DNA of 54,928 nt from a virus (taxonomy: Duplodnaviria > Caudoviricetes), in the IMG/VR virus record IMGVR_UViG_3300030329_004935, positions 1 to 54,928 of that record; one strand, given 5' to 3'. Position 1 is the first letter of the stretch. The number at the start of each line of letters is the position of its first letter. Below the pieces are notes generated by a model that saw only the letters and a program-made list of their open reading frames with translations, was not told the DNA's origin and did no database searches. Both the position numbers and the translations under genes were made by a program. Below, piece by piece: positions 29,218 through 36,924 of the stretch.

Positions 29218-29769
29218 ATGACTAAGAAGTCAACTAAAAAGGTAAAGGCAGCCTTAAAGAATATGCCTATGATGAAAACACCTGAAGGATTTACTGATAG
29301 GCTCAACAAAAAGATAGCTGAGCTTGATAGACCTGAATGGGATCAAGTAGATTTTGATTGTGAAGGCGGTGTTTATATTGGTAATGGCGTTCATGCTACA
29401 TCTTTAGGATGGTCTGTATGGATGAGTATATTATGGATTATATTATCAATGCCTTTATGGTTAGGTGTATGGAATAGTTTTAATAGTGATACTGATATGA
29501 TAGATGATACATCTTTAGTTCCAGCTCCAATAGAAGATATACAGGTAGCCCCTGTCATATTGTCACCTGTTGACAGTACATCGACAGGTGTATTGGAGGT
29601 AATTGAAGAGCCTATTGGTGATAGCTCATTTATATGGGAGGAAACCAATACATTTGATGAGGCTTTTAGATTAGCTAGGATGTATTTAGGGCCAAATGAG
29701 ATATTTACATGGAATGGTAATGACTATCATACATTGTATGTTGAAGAGGTAAGTTTATATAATAATTAG
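29218..29769 (+). CDS. Single-pass membrane protein with an anti-sigma-like N-terminus and a TFDEAF..AR...FTWNG.Y.T C-terminal domain
   Basis: GGGAG SD; TM WSVWMSILWIILSMPLWLGVW. Confidence 0.6.
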   Translation: MTKKSTKKVKAALKNMPMMKTPEGFTDRLNKKIAELDRPEWDQVDFDCEGGVYIGNGVHATSLGWSVWMSILWIILSMPLWLGVWNSFNSDTDMIDDTSLVPAPIEDIQVAPVILSPVDSTSTGVLEVIEEPIGDSSFIWEETNTFDEAFRLARMYLGPNEIFTWNGNDYHTLYVEEVSLYNN

Positions 29770-29930
29770 TGAGCGATTGCAATGTGGTCAACAATGTTGA
29801 AGGTCGTAGGAGTATGTATGCAAAGACATATGTAGGCCTATTGGCTTGAATTGGGGGCCACATCACTAACAACATGTGACGTAAAGGTCTTGAAGAGATA
29901 TAAGATGAAGTCACACATCTTTCTCTTCAT
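29766..29930 (+). ncRNA. Candidate structured RNA (multibranch domain plus pseudoknot)
   Basis: TTAGTGA/TCACTAA and ATGTGGTC/GGCCACAT helices; TGAAGAGA/TCTCTTCA hairpin whose loop GTCACA can pair with upstream TGTGAC. Confidence 0.4.
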
Positions 29931-29951
29931 AATTTAAAAGGGAGATATAAT

Positions 29952-30134
29952 ATGATACCAGTAGGTAGGCAGGGAATGACACCTGCAGAAATACGTAAGT
30001 TTTATAGAGATCAATTGAAGACATTTGCTAAGATAGGTCTTGGTAATAAAACATTTCATGGTGTAGTAGTGACTAAAACTCTAATCAATGCTACTAAGAG
30101 AAGATTAAAACAATTGAGTGGAGGATTATCATGA
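29952..30134 (+). CDS. Small basic hypothetical protein
   Basis: GGGAG SD; ATGA coupling. Confidence 0.6.
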   Translation: MIPVGRQGMTPAEIRKFYRDQLKTFAKIGLGNKTFHGVVVTKTLINATKRRLKQLSGGLS

Positions 30135-30268
30135 AAACAGATGTGTTACGATGTAAGGAATGTAAGAATAGTTTTACAGTATTTATTAAAAAGGAATTGT
30201 CTTTTATGACTAAAATGGATGGATTGCCTAATTGTAGACATCATGGGGAGGTTTCAAATGCCAAATAA
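30131..30268 (+). CDS. Small putative Zn-binding protein (CKEC...CRHH)
   Basis: GGAGG SD; 45 aa; below the cutoff. Confidence 0.5.
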   Translation: MKTDVLRCKECKNSFTVFIKKELSFMTKMDGLPNCRHHGEVSNAK

Positions 30269-30383
30269 AGCAGCTAAACAGCGTAAAATGGATAGACGTA
30301 AGGCTAATGAAGCTATTAAGAAGCGTAAAAGAGCTATAAAGCTGGCTAAGAAAGCAGCTAGGAAGGAGAATGATGAGTCATAA
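30258..30383 (+). CDS. Small highly basic protein (MPNKAAKQRK...)
   Basis: GGGGAGG SD; 41 aa. Confidence 0.55.
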   Translation: MPNKAAKQRKMDRRKANEAIKKRKRAIKLAKKAARKENDES

Positions 30384-30549
30384 GATTAATCTTGATGATT
30401 TAAAGCGAGATCTAGGTGATTTAGCTGAAGATATACTGACTCCTCCTGAAAAGCTAGATGTGGTAGATTTATTACAAGATAGACTAGAGATTCATAAGAA
30501 GTTAAGATCTATTATAAATACTTATTTGAATTTTAAGTTTATGAATTAA
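30370..30549 (+). CDS. Small hypothetical protein (MMSHKINLDD...)
   Basis: AAGGAG SD; 59 aa. Confidence 0.5.
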   Translation: MMSHKINLDDLKRDLGDLAEDILTPPEKLDVVDLLQDRLEIHKKLRSIINTYLNFKFMN

Positions 30550-30569
30550 TATAGATTTATGTTGGATAT

Positions 30570-31065
30570 AATAATAGGACAGCCTCGAGCGTAGGACCCG
30601 TGGAGGTTGAGGTAGCTCCTCTCACTATTGTTAGTCCTTAAGTTTGTAAGCCTGTGGACAGAGTTGATGAAGACCTGTGCAGGTAATGACTCAGAGGTTG
30701 TACTCGCATTGTTGGCGAATGTTGGCAATGAACTAATAATCAATGGGGTTAGGTAGATTCTCGTTAGTATATTAATACTAATAAACATAGAAAAGGGTAG
30801 TCTTTTCACTACTATTACACATACTATAATGTATCTCAGCTAGTATGTACTTACAATTATTGTGATGATTTGCACGATGTTGATCCGTCTTAGGTGATAT
30901 GAGTGTAGGATGACAGTCTAACGTAAGGATAGTCGAGCCTCCCAGGCGTATATGAGAGCGGTAATCTTGCAAGCATACCCAAATCTTGCACAAACACATA
31001 ATATATTTAGGGGTGGTGATCAAATTCGGTAGACTTCGTATCTACTTATGCGCATACTGCCCCTA
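30570..31065 (+). ncRNA. Candidate large structured ncRNA region
   Basis: ~500 bp without a credible ORF, containing many nested inverted repeats with G-U pairs. Confidence 0.4.
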
Positions 31066-31086
31066 TTAAATTAACAAGGGAGATTT

Positions 31087-31284
31087 ATGAAATTATATGA
31101 ATTAACTGATAAGGGAAGAGCCTTATTAGCTAAACCAAGGCATCCAGAGCCTACAAACTGGGAACATTGTTGTAGTTGTTGTCCTGTACTTGAAAAAGAT
31201 AAGAACTATTATAAAGATTTGTATCATAATTTAATAGATGATATTTCAAAATCTAAAGTAACAATGGAGGATATCTATGGATAG
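31087..31284 (+). CDS. Hypothetical protein with a CCSCCP cluster
   Basis: AAGGGAG SD. Confidence 0.55.
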   Translation: MKLYELTDKGRALLAKPRHPEPTNWEHCCSCCPVLEKDKNYYKDLYHNLIDDISKSKVTMEDIYG

Positions 31285-31426
31285 TGAATGGTATAGTGTC
31301 TGTTGTGGAGCACCACCAGATGATAGATTTCAATTTGATACATTTATGACTGATGAACCAATTGGAATATGCAGTGAATGTCAGGAACACACACACTTTA
31401 AACATGAGGATGATGAAGATGAGTAA
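31277..31426 (+). CDS. Small phage Zn-finger protein (SVCCGAP...GICSECQEH)
   Basis: GGAGG SD; 49 aa; below the cutoff. Confidence 0.6.
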   Translation: MDSEWYSVCCGAPPDDRFQFDTFMTDEPIGICSECQEHTHFKHEDDEDE

Positions 31427-31583
31427 AAATATAGAATATATTAATGACGATATTGAAGATGCTTATGATGCATATCAATATATACAAAGAATTGACAATC
31501 GTAATAGAATGTTGGTTAAATGGACTAAATTTGGAGAAGTAATTAAAAAGGGAGATGAGATATGCAAGAAATCATCACAATAA
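31419..31583 (+). CDS. Hypothetical protein (start revised to MSKNIEY)
   Basis: Overlap coupling with the upstream Zn-finger gene. Confidence 0.45.
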   Translation: MSKNIEYINDDIEDAYDAYQYIQRIDNRNRMLVKWTKFGEVIKKGDEICKKSSQ

Positions 31584-31672
31584 TACTAACTATCTGTATT
31601 GTGCCTTTAATGATAGGAGTCAATATATTGATGTTCTATATCATTAGAGATATAAGATCAGGTAAAAGATAA
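31562..31672 (+). CDS. Small membrane peptide (36 aa)
   Basis: GGGAG SD; MQEIITIILTICIVPLMIGVNILMFYIIRDIRSGKR. Confidence 0.5.
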   Translation: MQEIITIILTICIVPLMIGVNILMFYIIRDIRSGKR

Positions 31673-31681
31673 GGGAGAAGT

Positions 31682-31894
31682 ATGGAACTAGATGAAAATA
31701 TTATGCAGACTAGAACTGTAGGTACTATATGTGAGATCATTAAAGAAGCTATGGATGATATGCATCCGTATTCTTATGGATTTAAAAAGTTTAATGATAT
31801 CATAAAGAAAAGAGATCGTGCTATGAAATTGTTAGGATCATATGCAGTTAATAAAGGATCTGTTTTAAATAGGGAAACGGGGAAATATGAATAA
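31682..31894 (+). CDS. Hypothetical protein
   Basis: AAGGGAG SD. Confidence 0.55.
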   Translation: MELDENIMQTRTVGTICEIIKEAMDDMHPYSYGFKKFNDIIKKRDRAMKLLGSYAVNKGSVLNRETGKYE

Positions 31895-31908
31895 AACTGG
31901 AGATAAAA

Positions 31909-32151
31909 ATGAGTGAAGCGGCTTATGTCGTGTTCATCTCCCTGAAGGAGGAGGGGAAGGTCAACGATCATCCCCTAGCTCCACTTGATACGGAGATAGA
32001 AGCACGTGCTTATAGAGATGGATATGTAGACGCGATTGTTAATCATACTGATAAAGCAGATCGTGCAGAGGTTTTCGGACTATTTGGAATAAAAAGAGTT
32101 GGAGAAGAATTAATAAATAATAATAAACAAAAAGGAGATGAAGATGCCTGA
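31909..32151 (+). CDS. Hypothetical protein immediately upstream of and overlapping the Ubl gene
   Basis: GGAG SD; EARAYRDGY motif. Confidence 0.6.
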   Translation: MSEAAYVVFISLKEEGKVNDHPLAPLDTEIEARAYRDGYVDAIVNHTDKADRAEVFGLFGIKRVGEELINNNKQKGDEDA

Positions 32152-32368
32152 TATAAAAATACTAGAAGGTGGTGGATTTGTAGATCATACAGTACAATCT
32201 ACTACAGTAGGCGGACTTAAAACAGAAAAAAGCATACCAAGTGGTGCAGCTATTTCTGTCGGAGGAAGGACAGTCGGAGATGATCATCAGTTAAATGATG
32301 GTGATTTGGTGGCTGCGGTACATAATGATAAGACTGGTGGAATAATACATTTAGCGCCATTGCTATAA
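32144..32368 (+). CDS. Ubiquitin-like (beta-grasp) protein, precursor with Gly-Gly followed by an 8-aa extension
   Basis: TTVGGLK, ISVGG..V..D..L.DGD.V....KTGG beta-grasp signature, then IIHLAPLL; AAGGAG SD before ATG 32144. Confidence 0.82.
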   Translation: MPDIKILEGGGFVDHTVQSTTVGGLKTEKSIPSGAAISVGGRTVGDDHQLNDGDLVAAVHNDKTGGIIHLAPLL

Positions 32369-32385
32369 ACTGGTCTTGATCACGC

Positions 32386-32450
32386 TTAATATTTGTTGGG
32401 AATCAACAGAGATGCGGGTAATGCTACACGGGTGTCGTGTCAAATATTAA
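32386..32450 (+). other. Intergenic stem-loop inside the Ubl operon
   Basis: 10-bp perfect inverted repeat TTAATATTTG/CAAATATTAA enclosing small hairpins. Confidence 0.45.
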
Positions 32451-32460
32451 TTAAAAGGAG

Positions 32461-32649
32461 ATGAATATGATATTAAATGAAGAGGAATTACATGATTGTC
32501 CTAATTGTGGAAGAGAGGAGTCTATGATGGAAGTATTATTTTCTGATGGATATCCTGATCCACATGGAGAACCAGGATTATTATGTTATCAATGTGGTAA
32601 TAAAATAGGAATAGAAGATATGGATGGAGGTTATGATGATAGAATATAA
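32461..32649 (+). CDS. Small Zn-ribbon protein (CPNC...CYQC)
   Basis: Two CxxC motifs; AAGGAG SD; between Ubl and E2. Confidence 0.65.
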   Translation: MNMILNEEELHDCPNCGREESMMEVLFSDGYPDPHGEPGLLCYQCGNKIGIEDMDGGYDDRI

Positions 32650-34048
32650 TACAGAAGATTCCTTTGAACATTGGAATCCAAATATTCAAGGCCTTGCAGA
32701 TCGGCTATTAATAGGTCCGCAAAGAGAATTGTTAAGAAAAGTGCAAGATTTTAATCGTAGATATGATACAAACCTAAATGTTACAAGAACATATCGCTGG
32801 TCACCAGGATATATGGATCAAATTAAAGAATTTATGGTTCATAGATACCTAGAAACTCATATGAAACGTAAAATATCTACATTTTTCAATCAAATTGACA
32901 ATAAATCTTGGATGTTGGGTGGATTTTCGAGAACATTAAGAGAAATTGAAACTATCTTAGCTGAAAAACGAAGAACTAGAGCCGTATTTCAAGATAATTC
33001 TGATATAATAGAGGATAGATGGCAAATATTGCACAATATTATCGTAAGAGAAACAAATAAAGTAAGAAATACTATGGAACATATTAGTTTTGACTGTGAT
33101 ATCATAGCAACTCAGTATGGACAACATACAATATCATTTACATGGGCATTTCCAGAGATGGATATGAATATATTTGTAGGTAATCAATATTATTTTCCTG
33201 TAGAGATGGGTAAAGTTGAAGTTAATATAACATTTGATATAGATCAGATTGTTACTCAATTATGTAATGACTTTTCTGTCGAGTTTGTAACTCTAGGAGA
33301 TGATGAGAATTGTGGAATCAGATTTAACAATTTATCTAATAGCAATGGATATGGAAGAATAGCTGCATGGTATGACCCTAAATATACTGGGGGTAATAGC
33401 ACATTGCAACATCCATTTATTAGCTCATATCAAAATGATTTAAGAACAATCGACGGTAACGGGTTCACTAGTACCTGTTTAGGTGATTTAACAGGCAGAT
33501 TATGGTCTGAATTATCAAAAATGGACTTACTTGCAGTAACATTAACATTACAACAATGGTTAACGACATTTAATGCAAGAGATACTAGGCCATTAAATAA
33601 TATCAGACAAGCTTTCTGGGGTTTACCAGAGCGCCTTAATGATCCTACATTTCTTAATGTATATCCAATGAATGCAGATCAATGCAATTATCCTTCACGA
33701 GAGATAGAACATTTTGAAGATAGAGAAGATGCTATAAGTTCTGGATTTGACAATGATTATTGCAATACAATAAATTGTGGATTAAAAGGTGAATGTTGGT
33801 ACTATAAATTCATTGAAGGTATATCTGATGAAACGGAAGAAAGATTTCCTGAAACAACAGAAGCTTTACGTGATATAGCGGCTGAAAGTGAGCAAGCATT
33901 CACTGAAGAAGATTTACCTTTTGAAGTTAATAGAGATGAAGTAGATCCAATGAGCGTTCCATTACCTGAAGATCCATTAACTGAAGAGCAAATGGTAGAA
34001 CAATTAATTAGACAACAATATCGAGTAGTCGATATAGGAAGGGAGTAA
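32636..34048 (+). CDS. Prokaryotic E2/UBC-like protein with N-terminal helical extension and C-terminal Cys cluster
   Basis: HPFISS...TCLG equivalent to the E2 HPN(I)...CL catalytic motif; operon with Ubl, JAB and E1; start after GGAGG SD. Confidence 0.65.
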   Translation: MIEYNTEDSFEHWNPNIQGLADRLLIGPQRELLRKVQDFNRRYDTNLNVTRTYRWSPGYMDQIKEFMVHRYLETHMKRKISTFFNQIDNKSWMLGGFSRTLREIETILAEKRRTRAVFQDNSDIIEDRWQILHNIIVRETNKVRNTMEHISFDCDIIATQYGQHTISFTWAFPEMDMNIFVGNQYYFPVEMGKVEVNITFDIDQIVTQLCNDFSVEFVTLGDDENCGIRFNNLSNSNGYGRIAAWYDPKYTGGNSTLQHPFISSYQNDLRTIDGNGFTSTCLGDLTGRLWSELSKMDLLAVTLTLQQWLTTFNARDTRPLNNIRQAFWGLPERLNDPTFLNVYPMNADQCNYPSREIEHFEDREDAISSGFDNDYCNTINCGLKGECWYYKFIEGISDETEERFPETTEALRDIAAESEQAFTEEDLPFEVNRDEVDPMSVPLPEDPLTEEQMVEQLIRQQYRVVDIGRE

Positions 34049-34049
34049 T

Positions 34050-34925
34050 ATGGCAGAGTTTTATATAGAAAAAGAAGACTGGGATAAGGTTATATCATAT
34101 GCACAAGCTGCATGGGATGAACATAACTCAGAGATAGGTGGTATGATGGTAGTAGTAAAAGATGAAGATGATGACTGGCAGATACAAGATCCAGTGATAA
34201 TGAAACAACGGATTAGTGCAGGTAATACTCATTTAGACAAAGAAGAGCTAGCTAAATATTATACTAAAGCAGCTATAAAATATAAAGACAATGAGTTTAG
34301 ATTCTGCTGGTGGCATAGTCATCATACAATGGGAGCCTTTTGGTCTGGGACAGACACAGATACAATAGATGAATATAGTGATGGAGACTTTAGCTTTGCT
34401 TTAGTTGTTAATCTTAAAGAAGAATATAAGTTTAGAGTATCTGTATGGAAACCAATAGAAACTCATGAAGATGTGGAGCTGGTAATACTAAATGATGAAA
34501 GAAAAGTAAGTAAATCAATTATTAATGAGGTAAATAAGCTATGTGAGAAAGAGTCATATGCTATCTCTAAAGGTATAGTTAAACCTAGTAATTACAATAA
34601 CTTACATCAAACAACATTATGGAATCAAAATAAGATAATTCGTCCTGATGAAGATAAAGATTACAATAAAGTATTAAGTGCAATCGAAACTTTAAATACT
34701 AGATTAATTAAAGGAGAAATAGAATATATTGATTACTTTAATCGAATTACAGATATTAACCATCAACTTACAATCGAAGGCTCTGATTATCAAATAAGAG
34801 TAATAACAGAAGCAGATCAAGAATGCTTAATGTATCTCAGTGCATGTGATTTCATAGAAGCACATGAGGATATAATAGATGTAGATTCTTGGAATGCTTC
34901 TTTCGGATTAAGAGGAGGGGCTTAA
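34050..34925 (+). CDS. JAB/MPN+ (JAMM) metallopeptidase
   Basis: EIGG catalytic Glu and WWHSHHTMGAFWSGTD (HxH-x7-S-x2-D). Confidence 0.88.
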   Translation: MAEFYIEKEDWDKVISYAQAAWDEHNSEIGGMMVVVKDEDDDWQIQDPVIMKQRISAGNTHLDKEELAKYYTKAAIKYKDNEFRFCWWHSHHTMGAFWSGTDTDTIDEYSDGDFSFALVVNLKEEYKFRVSVWKPIETHEDVELVILNDERKVSKSIINEVNKLCEKESYAISKGIVKPSNYNNLHQTTLWNQNKIIRPDEDKDYNKVLSAIETLNTRLIKGEIEYIDYFNRITDINHQLTIEGSDYQIRVITEADQECLMYLSACDFIEAHEDIIDVDSWNASFGLRGGA

Positions 34926-35584
34926 TGTTAAATACAAGATATTCTGATATTGTAAATAATACTGATCAGTTTGTCTTTCATATCTTAGGTTGCGGGGCTA
35001 TTGGTAGTTCTGCAGCCACACAGATATGTAGGATGGGTGGAACAAATTTTATCTTATACGATTATGATAAAGTAGATATAGTTAATATAGGTGTATCTCA
35101 ATACAATAATAGTGATATAGATAAATACAAAGTAGATGCATTAGAAGAGCATCTAAAAGCTATTAATCCTATAATAGATGTGGATAAATTCAATGAACGA
35201 TTTGAACATTATTCACCTAGAAGCAACGATATAGCTATATTGGGATTTGATAGTATGGAAGCAAGATTAGAAGCAGTAATAATTATGTGTAAGATCAACA
35301 GTGTCAAGCCTAAGTTCATTATAGATGGACGAATGGGAGCTGAACATTATCAACAGTATATATTTGATAATCCAACAGTCAATAAATATAAGAAGGAATG
35401 GTACTCTGATGAAACAGGTAGTGTAGATCCTTGCAATGCAAAAGCTACATCTTACTGCTCTAATATGAGTGGATCATTTATTGCAAATGCTGTTCGGAAA
35501 CTAATAACAAACCAACCATATAATAGGAAATTTTCTTTTAATTTTCCAATAATGGGTTTGGAAAAGTCCCGAATGTCGTTGTAA
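34925..35584 (+). CDS. E1/ThiF-family Ubl-activating enzyme (start revised to MLNTRYS)
   Basis: GCGAIGS, DYDKV...N...Q, YKVDAL, GFDS..AR, IDGRMG and a candidate catalytic Cys in DPCNAKAT; TAATG coupling to JAB. Confidence 0.9.
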   Translation: MLNTRYSDIVNNTDQFVFHILGCGAIGSSAATQICRMGGTNFILYDYDKVDIVNIGVSQYNNSDIDKYKVDALEEHLKAINPIIDVDKFNERFEHYSPRSNDIAILGFDSMEARLEAVIIMCKINSVKPKFIIDGRMGAEHYQQYIFDNPTVNKYKKEWYSDETGSVDPCNAKATSYCSNMSGSFIANAVRKLITNQPYNRKFSFNFPIMGLEKSRMSL

Positions 35585-35587
35585 ATT
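35558..35587 (+). promoter_or_regulatory. Putative sigma70-like promoter for the replication genes
   Basis: TTGGAA-N18-TAAATT; shares GTTGTAwATT with the 28428 promoter. Confidence 0.45.
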
Positions 35588-35608
35588 ATGATTCGAAATT
35601 AAAACAAT

Positions 35609-35765
35609 ATTAATAAGGAATGGGCAAGCAAACGAAAGACGCCAACTGACTCTTGGCATAATCTAACTGTCTTACCGTGACGCCTCCAACGCATGTTCTG
35701 TGTAACTAAAGCTCACAGGCGAGTGTTCTCTTCTCGCTGGCGTCCCCCTTGAGAAACTTATTAAT
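35609..35765 (+). ncRNA. Candidate structured RNA/5' leader upstream of erf
   Basis: ATTAATAAG/CTTATTAAT and GACGCCA/TGGCGTC long-range helices enclosing CTGTG/CACAG and GCGAG/CTCGC hairpins; GC-rich. Confidence 0.45.
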
Positions 35766-35784
35766 TAATCAAAGGAGAAAATAA

Positions 35785-36261
35785 ATGTCCGAAGAAGTTC
35801 AACAACCTGTTGAAGAAGATATTCTGACCCCTGAATATATATCTATTGATGACTGGAAGTCCAATAAAATAGATAAGTTAGCTGGTGCATTAGCTAAAGC
35901 ACAAAGCGAAATGGGTGGAGTATCTAAAGGTAAAGTTAATCCATTTTACAAAAGTAATTATGCAGATATTAATTCATGTATAGAAGCATGTATGCCTGCA
36001 TTAAATAAACATGGATTATCTATAAGTCAAGGTAATAGATTCTGTAATACTAGTGGTTACTATATAACTACTATGTTAATGCATGAATCAGGTCAATGGC
36101 TACGAAGTGAAATAAGAATTCCTCTTACTAATAAGAAGGATGCACAAGAGATCGGCAGTGCATGCACTTATGGTAGGAGGTATGGATTAACATCTATGGT
36201 GGGCTTAGCTCAAGTAGATGATGATGGAAACGCAACTGTAAATAATAGGAGTGTAAAATGA
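35785..36261 (+). CDS. erf: ERF-family single-strand annealing protein
   Basis: NPFYKSNYADI, GSACTYGRRYGL and DDDGN motifs. Confidence 0.9.
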   Translation: MSEEVQQPVEEDILTPEYISIDDWKSNKIDKLAGALAKAQSEMGGVSKGKVNPFYKSNYADINSCIEACMPALNKHGLSISQGNRFCNTSGYYITTMLMHESGQWLRSEIRIPLTNKKDAQEIGSACTYGRRYGLTSMVGLAQVDDDGNATVNNRSVK

Positions 36262-36827
36262 CAAGAACACTAACGGTAAGAAAAAGTACAGGTGGTGGTA
36301 GTAAATTCAGCCCAGGTTGGCATACTGCTACTGTAAGCACAGCAAAATATGGAGATTGGAATGATACAAAATTCCTTGATGTATGTTTTGAAGGATACTC
36401 TGATAAGATGAATATGAGAGTATATGCTAAAGAAGGTAAAAACGGTGAAGAGTTTGCAATTGGAAATGTATTTAGATTTGCAAATGCTGGTATATCTGAT
36501 GGATTAGAAGGAGCTGATGGTAATGTTACTATTAAATTAGATGATAGTGCTGAAGCTTTAATAGGTAAAGAGATGAATATATTTCTATATAAAGATGGAG
36601 ACTATTCAAGAGTATTACCGCAGATTGCACCTGTTCCATTTAAGAATATCATAGAAGAATTCAGTGATGATGATGTTAATTATTGGAAAAGTAGAGCGGA
36701 AAACTTCTTTGTTAAGTTTGTTAAACCTAAATTAAATACGACAACAGAAAGCACTACCGAAGCATCTATGGATGAATTGATTAGTGCAGCAGGTAGCACA
36801 GAAGCAACAGAAGGAATGCCATTCTAA
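36258..36827 (+). CDS. Putative single-stranded DNA-binding protein
   Basis: Follows erf; PGWH.ATV OB-fold-like start; acidic tail ending in MPF. Confidence 0.6.
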   Translation: MTRTLTVRKSTGGGSKFSPGWHTATVSTAKYGDWNDTKFLDVCFEGYSDKMNMRVYAKEGKNGEEFAIGNVFRFANAGISDGLEGADGNVTIKLDDSAEALIGKEMNIFLYKDGDYSRVLPQIAPVPFKNIIEEFSDDDVNYWKSRAENFFVKFVKPKLNTTTESTTEASMDELISAAGSTEATEGMPF

Positions 36828-36839
36828 TATAATAATATG

Positions 36840-36907
36840 AGAGTGGGTACGCTTCGCATCGCTTTGATGCATTACCTTGGTTATAGCACCTCTTTGCTAC
36901 CCACTCT
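36840..36907 (+). other. Intergenic stem-loop before the primase-helicase gene
   Basis: AGAGTGGGTA/TACCCACTCT 10-bp perfect stem enclosing GCATC/GATGC. Confidence 0.5.
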
Positions 36908-36924
36908 TTCAACTGGGAGTCAAT

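Noticed and set aside
29875-29892. c-di-GMP-I riboswitch suggested by GACGTAAAG
   Set aside because: Lacks the GNRA tetraloop/receptor and P1-P2 architecture
30650-30700. Hammerhead ribozyme suggested by TTGATGA
   Set aside because: The core is not CUGAUGA and no properly placed GAAA and cleavage triplet were found
30546-31023. Minus-strand ORFs of 87 and 81 aa in the structured tract
   Set aside because: Opposite to the local transcription direction, with no SD and implausible composition; the region is better explained as non-coding
34925-35584. ThiF/MoeB as an auxiliary metabolic gene for thiamine or molybdopterin synthesis
   Set aside because: No ThiG, MoaE or sulfur-donor genes; lacks the ThiF/MoeB CxxC zinc motifs; neighbours are E2-like and JAB genes
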